Counted from the stretch's first letter, positions 1 through 15,161 are shown. The stretch: 64,000 nt of DNA from Eledone cirrhosa (GCA_964016885.1 OZ024749.1:22754001-22818000), one strand, 5' to 3'. Numbers and translations are program-made. Notes: a model not told the origin generated them from the letters alone.

Positions 1-363
1 AAGATTTTATACTGACCCAGACATAGCGGTGGGGCTGAGTGTAAAATATATAACTTACATCGTATATCCACAATATAGATCGCAATATCACATCCAACAT
101 CAGCGCTAAGTTTCTGCAAATCCAAGATCGACAAATTCATATTGCAAGAGTCTGCAATATAATGGTTTTTGACGACAGAACAGGATTTACTACTTCAGCA
201 AGTCTTTCGTTCTTAGCGAAAGCGGGTATGTTGTAATTTTAAAAGTCGCCACAGACACGTGGTTTTCTCCAAGGGAGGTAACCCCCGCTTGGCGGTGTAT
301 TCTAATTTGATATATATACTGGGTATTTGTTGGCCTTGTGCCAAAAGTAGAAACAATTATTAC

Positions 364-479
<116 letters not shown>

Positions 480-487
480 GTAATAAT

Positions 488-618
488 TGTTTCTACTTTT
501 GGCACAAGGCCAACAAATACCCAGTACATTACTGGTACTTTATTTTATCGACCCCGTAAGGATGAAAGGCAAAGTTAACCTTGGCGGGATTTGAACTCAA
601 AATGGCAAGGGCCGTAAC
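488..618 (-). mobile_element. tRNA-derived SINE family 1, partial copy
   Basis: Matches the window's commonest repeat (B box GAGTTCAAATCC; body GCCTTTCATCCTTACGGGGTCGATAAAATAAAGTACC; end GGCCTTGTGCCAAAAGTAGAAAC). Other copies at ~316-355, 12165-12240, 12735-12815, 20890-21066, 27570-27723, 33440-33540, 56185-56330, 59240-59510, 60430-60615. Confidence 0.8.
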
Positions 619-619
619 A

Positions 620-785
620 ATAAATTTGAAGACTAAAATCCAAAGTGAGCTCGATAAAGATATATATATAACAGAAGTTTAAGTAAAGAATCGCTGCTTT
701 CACCCTTAACAGGATCTTCTGAAGATCCCGTTAAGCGTGAAAGCAGCGATTCTTTGCTTAAACTTTAATCTGTTATTTTAATAAA
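620..785. mobile_element. (TA)n-embedded fold-back repeat, family H
   Basis: Palindrome 675-765 centred at 720. Same family at 1690-1857, 32462-32510, 48660-48750 and 63408-63500. Confidence 0.7.
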
Positions 786-922
786 TATATATATATATAT
801 TGTTATACTTGGGGAAGGTCATATTTGTGTAATAATATTGCCAGAATTAATAACAGAACACACTCACTGTTTCGTTGGTTTTCGGTTCTGTGTCTTTTAT
901 ATCGGTTAATATATATATATAT

Positions 923-1332
923 CAACTAGAAATTGATTGAGATATATATATATTTAAAATAAACACATCAAACAATCACAGAGGATAATTTGTAAAGTGT
1001 GTAATCACACATAGCTAGGTATGTAACTAATTAAAGTTTAACAAGAGCTTCAAATATTCCTTTTTAAAAATGATTAATCTTCCTTGTATATATTTCTTTA
1101 AAGAAATATATTTCACCATTAATCCGTAAAGTCACAGTAGTCAAAATAGGATCTTCAGCAAGGGAGAAGATGTGTTTACACATCAAATGCAAATCTGCGA
1201 GTGACCGATCGCACGTGTTGCAATCCTAAAACTACTAACAAGCTAGTAGCGTCATCCAGTGGCGTGAATAGGGAAATCGACAGCTATAAATAGCAGCCGA
1301 CTCCTTTCAACTGGGTTAGCTCTACAATTTTG
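923..1332. repeat. Dispersed repeat between (TA)n tracts, related to 32520-32940
   Basis: Shared blocks ATGATTAATCTTCC, AAAGAAATATATTTCACCA, CAGTGGCGTGAATAGG and GTTAGCTCTACAATT in the same order at both loci. Confidence 0.7.
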
Positions 1333-1395
1333 GATATATATATATACATTAATTAAAACCTATTGTACAGCCGACCACGTTATTCTTCACTCTTT

Positions 1396-1471
<76 letters not shown>

Positions 1472-1519
1472 AAAGAGTGAAGAATAGCGTGGTCGGCTGT
1501 ACAATAGGTTTTATTTAAT

Positions 1520-1631
1520 GTATTAATAACAATTGTTTCATTAGTCCGGTGTGTCTAAACATCGCTGAACGTTAGAAGCCACGTCATTCGATTTTAAATA
1601 CAGTCGATACTCGAGCAAATCATCAGAATAC
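1520..1631 (-). ncRNA. Candidate type I hammerhead ribozyme with long stem II insert (family G)
   Basis: Minus strand reads GTATT-CTGATGA-(~80 nt)-GAAAC AATT GTT-ATT-AATAC, with a palindromic stem III. Stem I register and stem II base are imperfect. Its 3' tail (1466-1521) is mirrored at 1346-1400 across a (TA)n tract. Confidence 0.4.
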
Positions 1632-1853
1632 TGATCTGTGTACATGTATTACCTTAAAGAATTTCTTGTTAACTTATATATATATATATAGTAATAATAA
1701 TAAATATGAAGACTAAAATCCGAAGAGGGCTCAATAAGGATAATATATATATCAAATATATAAAAACCGTAGAGCAAATTTTTATTAAAATAACATATTA
1801 AAGTTTAAGCAAAGAATCGCTGCGATTCTTTGCTTAAACTTTAATGCGTTATA

Positions 1854-1911
<58 letters not shown>

Positions 1912-2463
1912 TTGACGGGAGTATAAGGTTTTCCTGCTATAAAAGATATACGGAAAAGTATCTTTCATATATCAAGTACATACATATAAGGTTAAATAAT
2001 AAATGTTCTCTCTCATAGAAAGAACCAAGCTAATATTGTCTAAAGCTCACTCATACGGTCGTTTCATGATACATTTCAGAATATGTTGCCTATATTGGAT
2101 CTAATGATTGGGCTGATTCACCAATATATATGTACAGAGAGAGAGAGAGAGAGAGAGTGAGAGAGAGAGAGAGAGATACAGACAGAGATACAGACAGAGA
2201 GAGAGAGAGAGAGAGTGAGAGAGAGAGAGAGAGATACAGACAGAGATACAGACAGAGAGAGGGAAAGGGAGAGAGAGATTAAAAAAGATAAACACAAAAA
2301 TTCAATTACATAAAATCTAATTCACGGCTGTTGGAAAAGGAAGACCCTCATTTCAACCAACGTAACGGACGTTAGACTTTCATCAAAGGGAAGAACGATA
2401 GTAGAAAGAGGAAGTTGTGAGGAGGAAGTAAAAGAAATACACACACATATATATAATATATAT

Positions 2464-2531
<68 letters not shown>

Positions 2532-2784
2532 TCTCTCTCTCTCATACACACATATATTTATATATGAGGGGGTGTTTAAGATACTATTGTACTTAAACAT
2601 TAATTGAATAAGTACTTCGTGTAAGTGAATATACACTGGGTTGTCAAGCATGAAATTTGTAGAATGTACCTTTCTTCTACAACATTCTACAAATTTCATA
2701 CATGATGCTCCAATATATATATATCTGTGTGTATGTGTATATGTATATGTATATATATACACATAGTATGTGTATATATATATA

Positions 2785-2819
<35 letters not shown>

Positions 2820-3070
2820 GTATATGTGTGTGTGTGTGTATATATATTGTTTCAGTACTGAGGGCTATAATCATGAATCATTAGGATAAATGGAGATAAT
2901 TTCATTACGAGTGCATGGTAGGATTTATTTACCAATATCCCTAATCAAAACTTTCTCCAATGTGTAAATCAATACTACATGTTCTAGATACAATAACCCC
3001 CCCCCCCATATATATATAATATATATATATTATATTATATACATATATTATATCATATATATATTATCGT

Positions 3071-3101
<31 letters not shown>

Positions 3102-3259
3102 ATAAAGAGAGAGAGAGAGGGGAGTGAGAGGGAGAGAGAGAGAGAGAGAGATATGTATATAGAGTATATATATCAAAAAATATATATATATGTAAAAGGT
3201 AAACAGAAATAACAACACAGTCGGTACAGTATGTTGAAGGGATATATTAGATGTATATG

Positions 3260-3318
<59 letters not shown>

Positions 3319-3720
3319 TTATTATTTATTAAGGCTTTCCAGTTTGATAAATTAATTACTTGAGAACATGGTAGAAGCTGTGCTTCAGTTGTGGTAGATT
3401 CATAGCTAAGTAAATTGTCCTTAAGGAACTATAACATTTCTTTCAGATACTTTTTTTTGTATTTTTGTGGGAAAATGGTGGTAACGTTTTATCAGGTTTC
3501 AGACGTTGTTGATTATAAACTTTGTAAGATACAGAGTTCGATGTTTTGTAGTGACTTCTCGCCACTTTTTCTGTCCTTGAGCAAGATAAAGTACATACTG
3601 GAAACTACGCATATAGTGCTCAATTTGGTGAACCAGCAATAACTTGACGTTACAATCCTTAATATATATATATATATATACGATATTAATAAATGGAAAC
3701 TATATTTATAAAAACATATT

Positions 3721-3785
3721 TATTTCATTATACATATTTCAGGGATACCAAATTAAATTATGGTATGCCTTCATCAGACAAAATA
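3721..3785 (-). ncRNA. Type I hammerhead ribozyme (family A)
   Basis: Minus strand reads TATTTTGT-CTGATGA-AGGCATACCA/TGGTATCCCT-GAAA-TA TG TATA-ATGAAATA. Intact core, 8-bp stem I with G-U pairs, AUA cleavage triplet. Confidence 0.7.
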
Positions 3786-4617
3786 CAATATATAACAGTT
3801 TTACAAATAAGCTTTGACGTACCCTATTAATATGCAACCATTGTTTTTGGAAGTCATCCGGGTAGTGATTTGTTTATATTATTTTAATAAGTCATAGTGT
3901 TAAGGACAATTAGAAATAGACGGAGAGAAAGAAAAAGACGGAGAGAAAGAAAAAGACGGAGAGAAAGAAAAAGACGGAGAGAAAGAAAGAACGTGGAGAA
4001 GTATCGGAGAGAGAGAGATGGATGGAGAAGAAAAGAAAGAGATAAGTAAAGACAGGAGGAAAGGAAGAAAGAAGAAAAATGGAAGAAATAAGAAAAACAG
4101 AGGAAAGCAACAGAGAGATATTAAGTCAACAGACAGATAGAAAAACTCAAGAGAGAGAAACGTTATATAGAGAGAGAGGGAGATTATGAAAACTTTACGT
4201 CATGTCATGTTAAGTTGAGTTAACAATTCATATGAAATGAATAATAAAAATATAAATATTAATATTCACGAATGTACACATTGCTAGAGAAGTCAGTTCT
4301 CAGGCAAAGACACATAAATATATATATATATATATACGCACGTCCTGAAAATAGAAATTATATTTACTCAAGTCATTCATCAATAGAGACATATAAAACG
4401 CAGACGATATCTCTTAATCACTGCTATACATTCCTTGTGTTATAAAAAGTTCACAGTATATATAGACATAAATATATACGATTAAAATTCATGACTTCAT
4501 ATATATGATTACCATTCATGCATTTAACATTTCTGCAATCCAAATACTTGTCGAGTGCTTTATATCAGTTATAAAAATATTTACTTGTTGTATCCCAACA
4601 ATTTTAAATAGAACTTT

Positions 4618-4714
<97 letters not shown>

Positions 4715-4715
<1 letters not shown>

Positions 4716-4946
4716 GGAACAAGTATGACCCCGACGGCAGAGCTCAAGCCGTTTCGACGGCTATTTCCGGACTAAAATAGCCGTCCAGAAGTAGCCGTCC
4801 AGAAATAGCAGTCCAGAAATAGCCGTCGAAACGGCTTGAGCTCTGCCGTCGGGGTCATACTTCTTCCTATATCCCACTCTGCTACCCTAAGTATTGAGTA
4901 CTTTGGTGCGTTATGGTCCATCTGGTTCCTTACCACAATTCGCTCG

Positions 4947-4950
<4 letters not shown>
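4715..4950 (+). mobile_element. Hairpin-headed non-autonomous element in (TA)n (family K)
   Basis: ~55-bp GC-rich inverted arms (GACCCCGACGGCAGAGCTCAAGCCGTTTCGACGGCTATTTC) plus an ~80-nt unique tail. Relatives at 16027-16180, 20030-20152, 24552-24690, 50806-51000 (minus) and 61892-62088. Confidence 0.75.
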
Positions 4951-5042
<92 letters not shown>

Positions 5043-5094
5043 AATTAATAAAATAATGAATAAACAAAGAAACAGTTCCTTATATTAAAAAAAT

Positions 5095-5236
5095 TCATCA
5101 TTTTACGATCGTTTCTAGGATATATATGTGTTAGAGTTGGTATGCATATTCTATAGATCTATGTACAATATTTATACAAACTATCAGAGGGAATATACAT
5201 ACCTACACATATATATGCTGTCTTCAGAAATAATGA
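5095..5236 (-). ncRNA. Type I hammerhead ribozyme with ~105-nt stem II (family B)
   Basis: Minus strand reads TCATTATTT-CTGAAGA-(rod hairpin)-GAAAC GATC GTA-AAATGATGA. 9-bp stem I, palindromic stem III, GUA cleavage site. Confidence 0.75.
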
Positions 5237-5928
5237 TATTTGTTTATTGAAAAAAGCAAAGATTCAATACAATAGGTCTGTTTGGGAACAGGTTTTGAAT
5301 TGACCAATCAGGAGATAGTGAGGGTCAATATAGTAATATAGTAGCAGAATAACCTTAAATTATGGGTAGAGGAAGGTAGATTTCAGTTTTGGATGGAAAA
5401 GAATATTATAAATGAAGGAATATTTTAGGGAAGAAATAGGTCTTATGCTGACCTCAGAAATAATTTTATTTGTTCATTGAATAAAACCAATAAAGATCTA
5501 ATATATTCTGTCTGTATGGTAAGAGGTTTAGAATTAACCAATAGAAAGTTAATAATTGGCCAAATGGTAAAATAGTAGTAATTGAAGCTTATTTTAGGGG
5601 TGAAAATAGGTCAGGTGGTCAGTCAAAGGTATACAAGCAGTTGCTGTTATAAAATAGTAATGCCAATACAAATATCTAAGGTGACCAAAGTTTTAAGATA
5701 AGAATGTTAGTGAAAAAAATACATCTATGAAAAGAATATAAAATTAATTTAATTGATGGGTATATTTATATTGATAAAATTATACTAATACATATAGATA
5801 TGATACATAAGAGTTAGATGCAGTTGAAAAGTGCTGTTAAAGATGAGGGGAATTTAAAAGAATATAAAAATAATATATATATATATATATACCTATATAT
5901 ATATACATATACATATATATATACACAT

Positions 5929-5976
<48 letters not shown>

Positions 5977-6030
5977 TTATATATACATAAATATGTATAT
6001 ATATATATACACACATACACACACACACAT

Positions 6031-6095
<65 letters not shown>

Positions 6096-6522
6096 TATAT
6101 ATATACATATATATATACACACATACATGCACATATACATACATACACATACATATACACACACATACACACTTATACATACATATAATTATTGGGGGGG
6201 GGATTAAATTTATTAGTGAGAAATAGTAAATATATATAGTTTTCAAGGAACATAGAGTCATAACCTGAAGTTAAAGCATTATATATGTTTACTTAATGGT
6301 ATCAGTTTTAGGAAATGATATTTGTAAGAAGGAAAGCAAAATTATGTAGTTCATCAGTATTAGAATATTAATTATAGGTTAACTAAATTAAAAATAGTTT
6401 ATATATTAATTTCTAAAGTTTATAATATTTAAAGCAGAATTATGTAGTTCATCAGTAGTAGAATATTAATTATAGGTTAACTAAATTAAAAATAATTTAT
6501 ATATTAATTTCTAAAGTGTATA

Positions 6523-7173
6523 TTAAGTAGGTTTATAATATTTAAAGATTTTTCTCAGTTTATGATTACACGATATTATTAATTCCTGTCGCTTATTTAA
6601 TAGGGTATCCTTAGATTTCATTATTTCGAAAAGTTCTTGGGAACATAATCTACATTCATTTCTACTATTTTGATAAGGGGTGGCCCTTTTGAGCACACTC
6701 CAGGTCAGGTCATATTCTTTATTCCTCTTTCTATAACTATTAATTATTTCAGCTAGAGATGTTGTATTAGCTAGTGCGGCATTTTTAAAACTATGTTTGT
6801 GGGTATTAAATCTTACCTTAAAATTGTTAGAGGTAGCTCCTATATATGAATAAATTGAGTCCTTAGTGTTAACTTTACATTTATATACTATGTTATTCAC
6901 AAGGCAATTTCCTTTTAATGGACAGTTTGCCTTGTTTCTACAGTTACAACTTTTCGTGAATCCTGTATCTGAGGAGATATTATGGTTAGTTTGATGTACT
7001 GGTGGTATACTCATGGTTTTCTTACACTTATATGCATTATAGGCACTTATATTTTGTTTTATGTTTTTGGTTGTTGAGTAGGAGAATTTAACCGTTGATC
7101 TATTTAAGATTTGATGGTATTTGTGGTTTGGCGGGAAGTTTTTCTCTAGGATATTAAAGAATTTTTTAGGTAT
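6523..7173 (-). CDS. PLE polyprotein C-terminus: RT thumb/linker and GIY-YIG endonuclease (5'-truncated)
   Basis: The frame stays open upstream of the listed Met (FPPNHKYHQILNRSTVKFSYS). It then reads CNCRNKANCPLKGNC, IVYKC..SYIGAT..FKVRFNTH, CRLCSQE and LLNKRQE..SCNH, a GIY-YIG with a Naiad-like Cys pattern. Confidence 0.88.
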   Translation of the reverse strand: MPKKFFNILEKNFPPNHKYHQILNRSTVKFSYSTTKNIKQNISAYNAYKCKKTMSIPPVHQTNHNISSDTGFTKSCNCRNKANCPLKGNCLVNNIVYKCKVNTKDSIYSYIGATSNNFKVRFNTHKHSFKNAALANTTSLAEIINSYRKRNKEYDLTWSVLKRATPYQNSRNECRLCSQELFEIMKSKDTLLNKRQELIISCNHKLRKIFKYYKPT

Positions 7174-7334
7174 ATTAATATATTTATATATATATATTTA
7201 TATAAATATATTTATATATATATATTTATATAAATATATTTATATATATATATTTATATGAAGTAGTCGGAACCTCCTTTCGAGTACACTGGTTAGTAAT
7301 GGTTTAACAGGCTTTTACTGCATCCATTCTGATT

Positions 7335-7392
<58 letters not shown>

Positions 7393-7438
7393 CATGGGAA
7401 AGCAAATACAAAAAAAATATATATATATATGTGTGTGT

Positions 7439-7476
<38 letters not shown>

Positions 7477-9956
7477 GTGTGTGTGTATGTGTGTGCGTAT
7501 GTGTGTGTGTATGTGTGTCTGTGTGTGCATGTGAGTACATGCATATTAGAATCATCTGTAATTTGTGTTAACAATGTTTCTTTCATTCATCCTTGATCGA
7601 ACATATACATGATTAAATTACGTTCAGCCTTGACCTGTCCTGTCTTATTTTCTCACTCAAGCTATGGAGAAGAATATTTCATAATAGGAAGTCTTCTTTT
7701 CTATTACCTGAAGTTCAAACAACGAAGATACACTATTTTGCACGTAATTGTAACGGACAATCTTAACAAAAAACATTAATTGAGACCAATGGGGAAACTA
7801 GCCGGACAACAATATTTTCAATTATTCTTTAACTGTCATATTACTCATCTGATTTTAATCCAATAAACCTTCTTTCAGATTAACAGTTTTGTAAATTCCT
7901 CAACTATTATCGAACTAAATCACGAAAAGTGGACAGGTTTAAAGTATGCCTTAGTCGTTCTTGAAACATGGAAAGAAAAACATTTCATTTAAATATATAT
8001 ATTAGAAATTGAAAACAAAAACTACAATCATTCACAAGTATTGTATTAAACTGAAAATACGCGGAGTAGTAAAAGTAATGTGAAAAAATATACTTTAATA
8101 TGTAATAAAATATTAAAATAAGAATTTAAAAACGTTTTGTTTTACAGCAGTATTTACATGATTTTTTAAAATTCTGATTCAATTATTTGTGTTTTTTGTT
8201 TGTCATAGTGTGCTAGAAATATTTAAAATATTTTTACGAATTTTTAAAATGATTTAGCTTCAAGGAAAAAGGTTGTTAAAGATTTGAAATTTTATTCTTT
8301 CAAAATTTGATTATACTCAGACACAAAAAGCCAACACACAAATGCATTCACACACACACACTCAGAGACAGACAGACACACACACGCACGCACGCACACA
8401 CACATACACACACACACAAGTACACGCATACACATACAAAAAAAATAAAACGAAAATTTAATAACCAAGTGTTACAATAGAATTTGAATTTATAAGGGAT
8501 GATTTATTAAAAAAAAATTAAAATAAATAAAAAAAAAGGGAAAATGCACAAATTAATGAAAATAAAAATGGTTTGAATAAATAAATGAATGAATAAATAA
8601 TAAATAAAATAGAAAATAAATATATTAAACAATTATGCGAGTTAGAAGAAGAAACAGTGAAGGTGAGGTGATATTAGTGTAAATAGAATGAAAGAGTAAA
8701 GAAAGAATGAGAATGCTGTTGTTTAATAAGTGAAGACATTATAGAGCTTACCGAACCATATTGGAATTTCTTGGCTTGTTTTGTTACCTTTTAGTTTGAT
8801 ATTCTTTGGTTTTGTTATTTACTTTTTGACTTTTTAGACAACAAGTTTCAGAGATAAAGTTCTGAAAAGTAACCAGCATGGTGTTGGTATAATTCCTGGC
8901 AAAGGATGATGAATAAATGTTTTAGTGAGTCAAAACAAAGGAAATGAAATTATGAAATCATAATACAAAAAAAAAAAACACACACACAAACAATAAATAA
9001 ACCTACAAAACAAAACAAAACGAAACATATCTGATAATTCACACCGAATTAAATAACAACATTCGGTATTTATTTTGGTTTTATTTTCGGTTTTATTCCA
9101 TCTGTCCTTTCTGTAAAGAAGAAAAACAAAATATACTACAAATCCACATCAACAACAGCCTTACAAATTCACAAACACAACAATGATAACAATTCCCAAC
9201 ACACACACAGACATACACATACACAAACACACAGACACACAGACATACACACACACAAAAGAAAAAAATCCCCCAGAAAAAATTGCAACAATAAACAACA
9301 TCCAAATTACAACAACAAATATACAATAAGAAACACTAAACAAATATTTATAAATAAAGAAACTATGATAACATAAATGAATAAATAAACGAACAAATAA
9401 ACAAATAAATAAATAAATAATATAAATAATAAAAAGCAACAATAGATTTATTGTTTCAATTTGAATGATTCTTTAAGAAAAATTATCTGCTGATCTTTAA
9501 AAATAAATTACAATAGCAAAATGATAGGAAGGGAATGCATTCTAAATAGAATTGAGTAGTAAAGGAGAAGGGTTTCAGGGATTGGTTTGTAAAGGAGTAG
9601 CGGAGTGGTTGGTTGTAAGGATGTTACAAGCAAGGGAATATTGTAAAGGAGTGGTGGAGTGGTAGTTGTTAGGGACATACACCACGCACACGCATACATA
9701 CTCACAGACAGAGACTCTCATATATATATATATATTGTGTATGTGTGTGTATACACACATACACACACACTCTCTCTCTCTCTCACACACACACATACAT
9801 ACACAGACACCACGAAATAACAAAGAAATTCTTCATACACATGTTTTCTAAAAAATTCACGTTGAAAGCCATAACTGATGCTTTGCTCTGTTTTTTTCTT
9901 TAATTTCCCACCGCAAAAAGACTTGTGACAAGCAAACGAAAGCACACAAACACACG

Positions 9957-10103
<147 letters not shown>

Positions 10104-10159
10104 ACGCACACACACACACACACACACACTACAAACAGAAACAAATATATATATATAAA

Positions 10160-10351
10160 TTAATAAAAACAATGACATAAAAACAAAGAAGAGGTTCCTT
10201 ATATTGAAAGAAAAATCATCATTTTAGGATAGTTTCTGGGATATATATGTGTTGTTGGTATGTATATCATATTAAAGATCTATGTACGAAAATATTACAA
10301 ATTATCAGAGGAGATATACATCCCTTCACTTATATATGCGATCTTCAGAAA
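10160..10351 (-). mobile_element. Diverged solo copy of PLE terminus family B
   Basis: Aligns to 5040-5230. CTGAAGA is kept, stem III is mutated, and the copy ends in (TA)n just upstream of the core. Confidence 0.7.
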
Positions 10352-10644
10352 TATATATATATCTGTATATACATGTGTCCCCCAAAATATTTCTCTAAGT
10401 TGTGATCCTATCATACTTACAATAAGACACACACACATATGTTTATATACACACTCACACACATACTCTCTAAGACCATATTCCTAAAATAGAATTTCTT
10501 TCGACAATCACATTCCCTCTCTCATTTACCTCCCTCCTCTGGCTTATTTCCGCCCTTCGCTACTTCCATCTGAACTCTTGACCAATCCTTTAACACAATT
10601 GAGACTATTCCTAAAAAATAATTTTGTTCTGTGAAGAGACACAA

Positions 10645-10658
10645 CTATTACCACCACC

Positions 10659-10695
<37 letters not shown>

Positions 10696-10847
10696 TTACT
10701 ACTACTACTACTACCACCACCACCACCACCACCACCACCACCACCACCACCACCACCACCACCACCACCACCACCACCACTACTACTACTACTACTACCA
10801 CCACCACCACTACCACCACCACCACCACCACCACCACCACCACCACC

Positions 10848-10893
<46 letters not shown>
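10645..10893. repeat. (CCA)n/(CTA)n compound microsatellite
   Basis: Read directly from sequence. Confidence 0.95.
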
Positions 10894-10954
10894 TGACTAC
10901 CTCTCCCAATATATGCATAAGGTTCCATTTTAGACCCAGTCTTCACAACAAGAA

Positions 10955-11602
<648 letters not shown>

Positions 11603-12899
11603 TTGAAGGGTCTGTTCATCTTTTATTAAGTTTTTGCTGTGACCTGTTCTCTCTTTTTGTCTATCTACTTTGTCGCTATCAACTTTTCCCTTCTCTTTCT
11701 TTATCTCCTTTTCTCCCTCGCACTATTACCATCCCTCTCTCTGCTAGCTACTCCGCTACTTCCACTGTTTTTCTCGACTCTCCCTCTTGTTTTTCTACTC
11801 TCGCGGAGGGCAGACCTGTTTTCTTTTCGCTCCTTGTTTCACCGTCTACTCAGCCTCGTTCTTAAGTCCAGTAGCTGTTGTTGACAGCCTTTTCTTTCTC
11901 TTCCGTTGCTACTACACGTACGTCTCGTGTTTCCCTCTTCGGTATATATTTCTTCCCTTTTTTACTTTCTTTTTCCCTTCTGTTATATTTTTTTTCATTT
12001 TCCTCCAATAACTTCCTTTAGTTATTGACGCACTGGAGCTTGTCTTTAATGCGTAGAAATGTCCATGACCCTCCAGAATACAACAGATGACGGGAAACTA
12101 CCCCTCCGTGTGTGCTTTCCTCCTATATATATATGTAAATATATATAGTATACATTATTTTTCTCCCACAGGGTCGATAAAATAAAGTACCAGTAATGTA
12201 CTGCGTTATTGCTGGCCTTGTGCCAAAAGTAGAAACGATTATTTCTCTCCCACAATGGCTGACTAAATATACATATGTTTTTTCTGATATGTGATTTTTT
12301 CATTCCTTCCTCTTCTCACTCTCTATCTTTTTATGCAACTTTTTATTCCTCATCCTGTCTTCTGGTGAAGGACTAGTGCCCGAAACACAAATACTTTTTT
12401 TTCCCTACTTTATCAAGCGTTAATCTAATATATTTTTCATTGTATTGTGATGTTTGCTTTGTTATTAATATGAAACGTAGAAGTTAATACATGTAAGATA
12501 TCGCAGGTCTAACATCACACTTTCATAGTCAGAGATTCTATGAACCTGTCAGCTCATTATCGAACATATCGGTCCAAGAAAGAACTTGCCAGTGGTCAGA
12601 TCTGGAGGAGGCTCTCACTGTCAATAGATACATGCTCTTTATTGTTTTCGATATATATGTACATGTAGATATAAGATATATAGATATAAAACATGTAAAT
12701 ATGAAACATGTATATATATAATATGTTGGAATAATTATTTCTATTTTTTGGCACAAGGCCAGCAATTATTTTTGTACGTTACTGGTACTTTATTCTATCG
12801 ACCCCATAAGGATTAAAGACAAGGAATAATATATATAGATATGATACGCGTAGTTATAAAACATGTAGATATAATATATATAACAAAACGAACACATAC

Positions 12900-13480
12900 A
12901 GACATACGCACACGCAATCGTGAGATTGCGAGTTCAATTCTCAGACCGGGTGATGCACTGTGTCCTTGAGCAAGGTACTTTATATCACGTTGCTCATTCT
13001 GACAGGAGTTGCGACCGGTAGATACTATGAACAATAGAAAGCCCAATGGAAACATTGTTACCTTGGTCCGATTTGAGGAGGTCCACCCCACTCAGCAACC
13101 GAATGAGGTCTGGGATCTTGTCGATTGATCAGAGCGAGGGAGCAGGGTTAGAGGTCTTAAGATTGATGTGGGTTTAGTCAGCGCTGATGTTACCATGTGA
13201 AGGCGTGTGGCTTAGTGATTACAGAGTTAGATTCACAATCGTGGGTGGCAACTTCAATTCTCGCACCGGGTGATACGTTATGTCCTTGAGCAAGACACGT
13301 TATTTCACGTTGCTATTTCTGCCAGGAGTTGCGACCGGCAGATAGTATTAGCAATGGAAAGGTCAATGGAAAAATTGTTTCCTTGGTCCGATATGACAAG
13401 GTCCACCCCCTTTGGCAAGGGAAGGATTTCTGGGATCTTGTCGATCGATCAGAGCGAGAGAGTGGCATAAGTGATGCAGA
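12900..13480 (+). mobile_element. Two tandem copies of tRNA-derived SINE family 2
   Basis: A box TGGCTTAGTG, B-box-like G/CTTCAATTC, body GTGTCCTTGAGCAAGACAC..TTCACGTTGCT. Other copies at 16630-16850 (-), 19740-19960 (-), 20790-20855 (-), 32217-32425 (+) and 36170-36425 (-). Confidence 0.8.
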
Positions 13481-13711
13481 TATACCACACGCAGCAATAA
13501 TACATGTGGAGGCGCGAGGTAGTTTAACAGTTTGTTGATCATTAGCTAGGGAGGAATGATCGCTCTTCCGATATAAATAATTGTCCAAAAATCGGTGATT
13601 AATTCATATTTATGACACTCAGACCATTGCACGGAACCAACTCACTTTCGACTCCAGCTGCAGCATTATGAAATAATAAATCAAACCTATAACATTCTGG
13701 ATACTTGGTTT

Positions 13712-13802
<91 letters not shown>

Positions 13803-14044
13803 GAGAGAAAGAGAGAGAAATGTATATATATTTAAGCATATATAATATGTACACAATATATATACTATATTATATATATATATATATAAATATATATATA
13901 CATATATACACATGGATATATATATATATGAGAGAGAGAGAAAGGGAGAGAAATGTATATATATTTATGCATATAAAATATACACACAATATATATACTA
14001 TATTATAAATATATAATATATATATATATGTACATATATACACA

Positions 14045-14205
<161 letters not shown>

Positions 14206-14255
14206 CATACATATATATATATATATACATGGTTATATATATATATTACATACAT

Positions 14256-14294
<39 letters not shown>

Positions 14295-14569
14295 GGTATA
14301 TAAATAATCGATGCCATTCACTGATAAATGGTTTAGATTCTAGTAGGAGAATCAAGAAACGGATGTAGAAGGAAATGAAGTGGCTGAAGATGGCATAGCT
14401 ATCTACTTAAACTAAATATATGTCTCCTACAGTATTGTGACAACTACCAAGTTTGGTAAGTAGGTAAAACTGTCACTTGTGAAAGCTGTCGTTTTATCGA
14501 ACAGAGGGGTAGTTTTAAGTATACACATGCATACACACACACACATACAGATATGCATATATACACACA

Positions 14570-14800
<231 letters not shown>

Positions 14801-15161
14801 TATACATGCACATATATATTTATATATACATAAATATAAAAATAAATATAGATTTATGTATGTTTATATACTATATATATATATATATATAGTATATACA
14901 TGTATATATACGAAATAGGAAAGGTTAAACAGCGGTGGAAATAATAAAAGAGAAATAAAAGTAGAGAGAGAGAGAGAAAGTGAGAGAGAGAGAGAGGGGA
15001 GAGACGGGAGAGAGAGGGGCGTGATTGAGAGGTTTAGGAAAAGGCAATGCGAAAGTTAGGGGCCACTATTGATTTGGAAGAAAATGAATGACATGGTAAC
15101 ACATTGACAGGTAACAAGATCAATATTAATTTCACAGATATCTATCTATCTATCTATCTAT

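Larger units (their letters stand above)
5040..7180 (-). mobile_element. 5'-truncated Penelope-like retroelement (Naiad-like): ORF end, 3' UTR and HHR-bearing terminus
   Basis: GIY-YIG ORF followed on the same strand by a non-coding region and an HHR motif; bounded by TA-rich tracts. Continuity across the 5870-6190 microsatellite is inferred. Confidence 0.7.

Noticed and set aside
2050-2095. HHR-like CTGAA-ATG TAT CAT-GAAACGACCGTA (minus strand)
   Set aside because: The core lacks G8/A9 and stem I does not pair; at most a decayed remnant.
6523-7173. Selenocysteine recoding, as reported for some Naiad PLEs
   Set aside because: The conserved Cys positions here are ordinary Cys codons with no in-frame TGA, and I could not identify a SECIS.
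8752-8861. Possible minus-strand exon (TTTTCAG...GTAAGC), and another at ~7706-7960
   Set aside because: Stops in all frames, and the spliced product would be only ~15 aa. It could be a UTR or lncRNA exon, but this cannot be supported without RNA data.
12900-13300. tRNA genes
   Set aside because: The A/B boxes belong to SINE heads followed by SINE bodies; no intact cloverleaf is evident.
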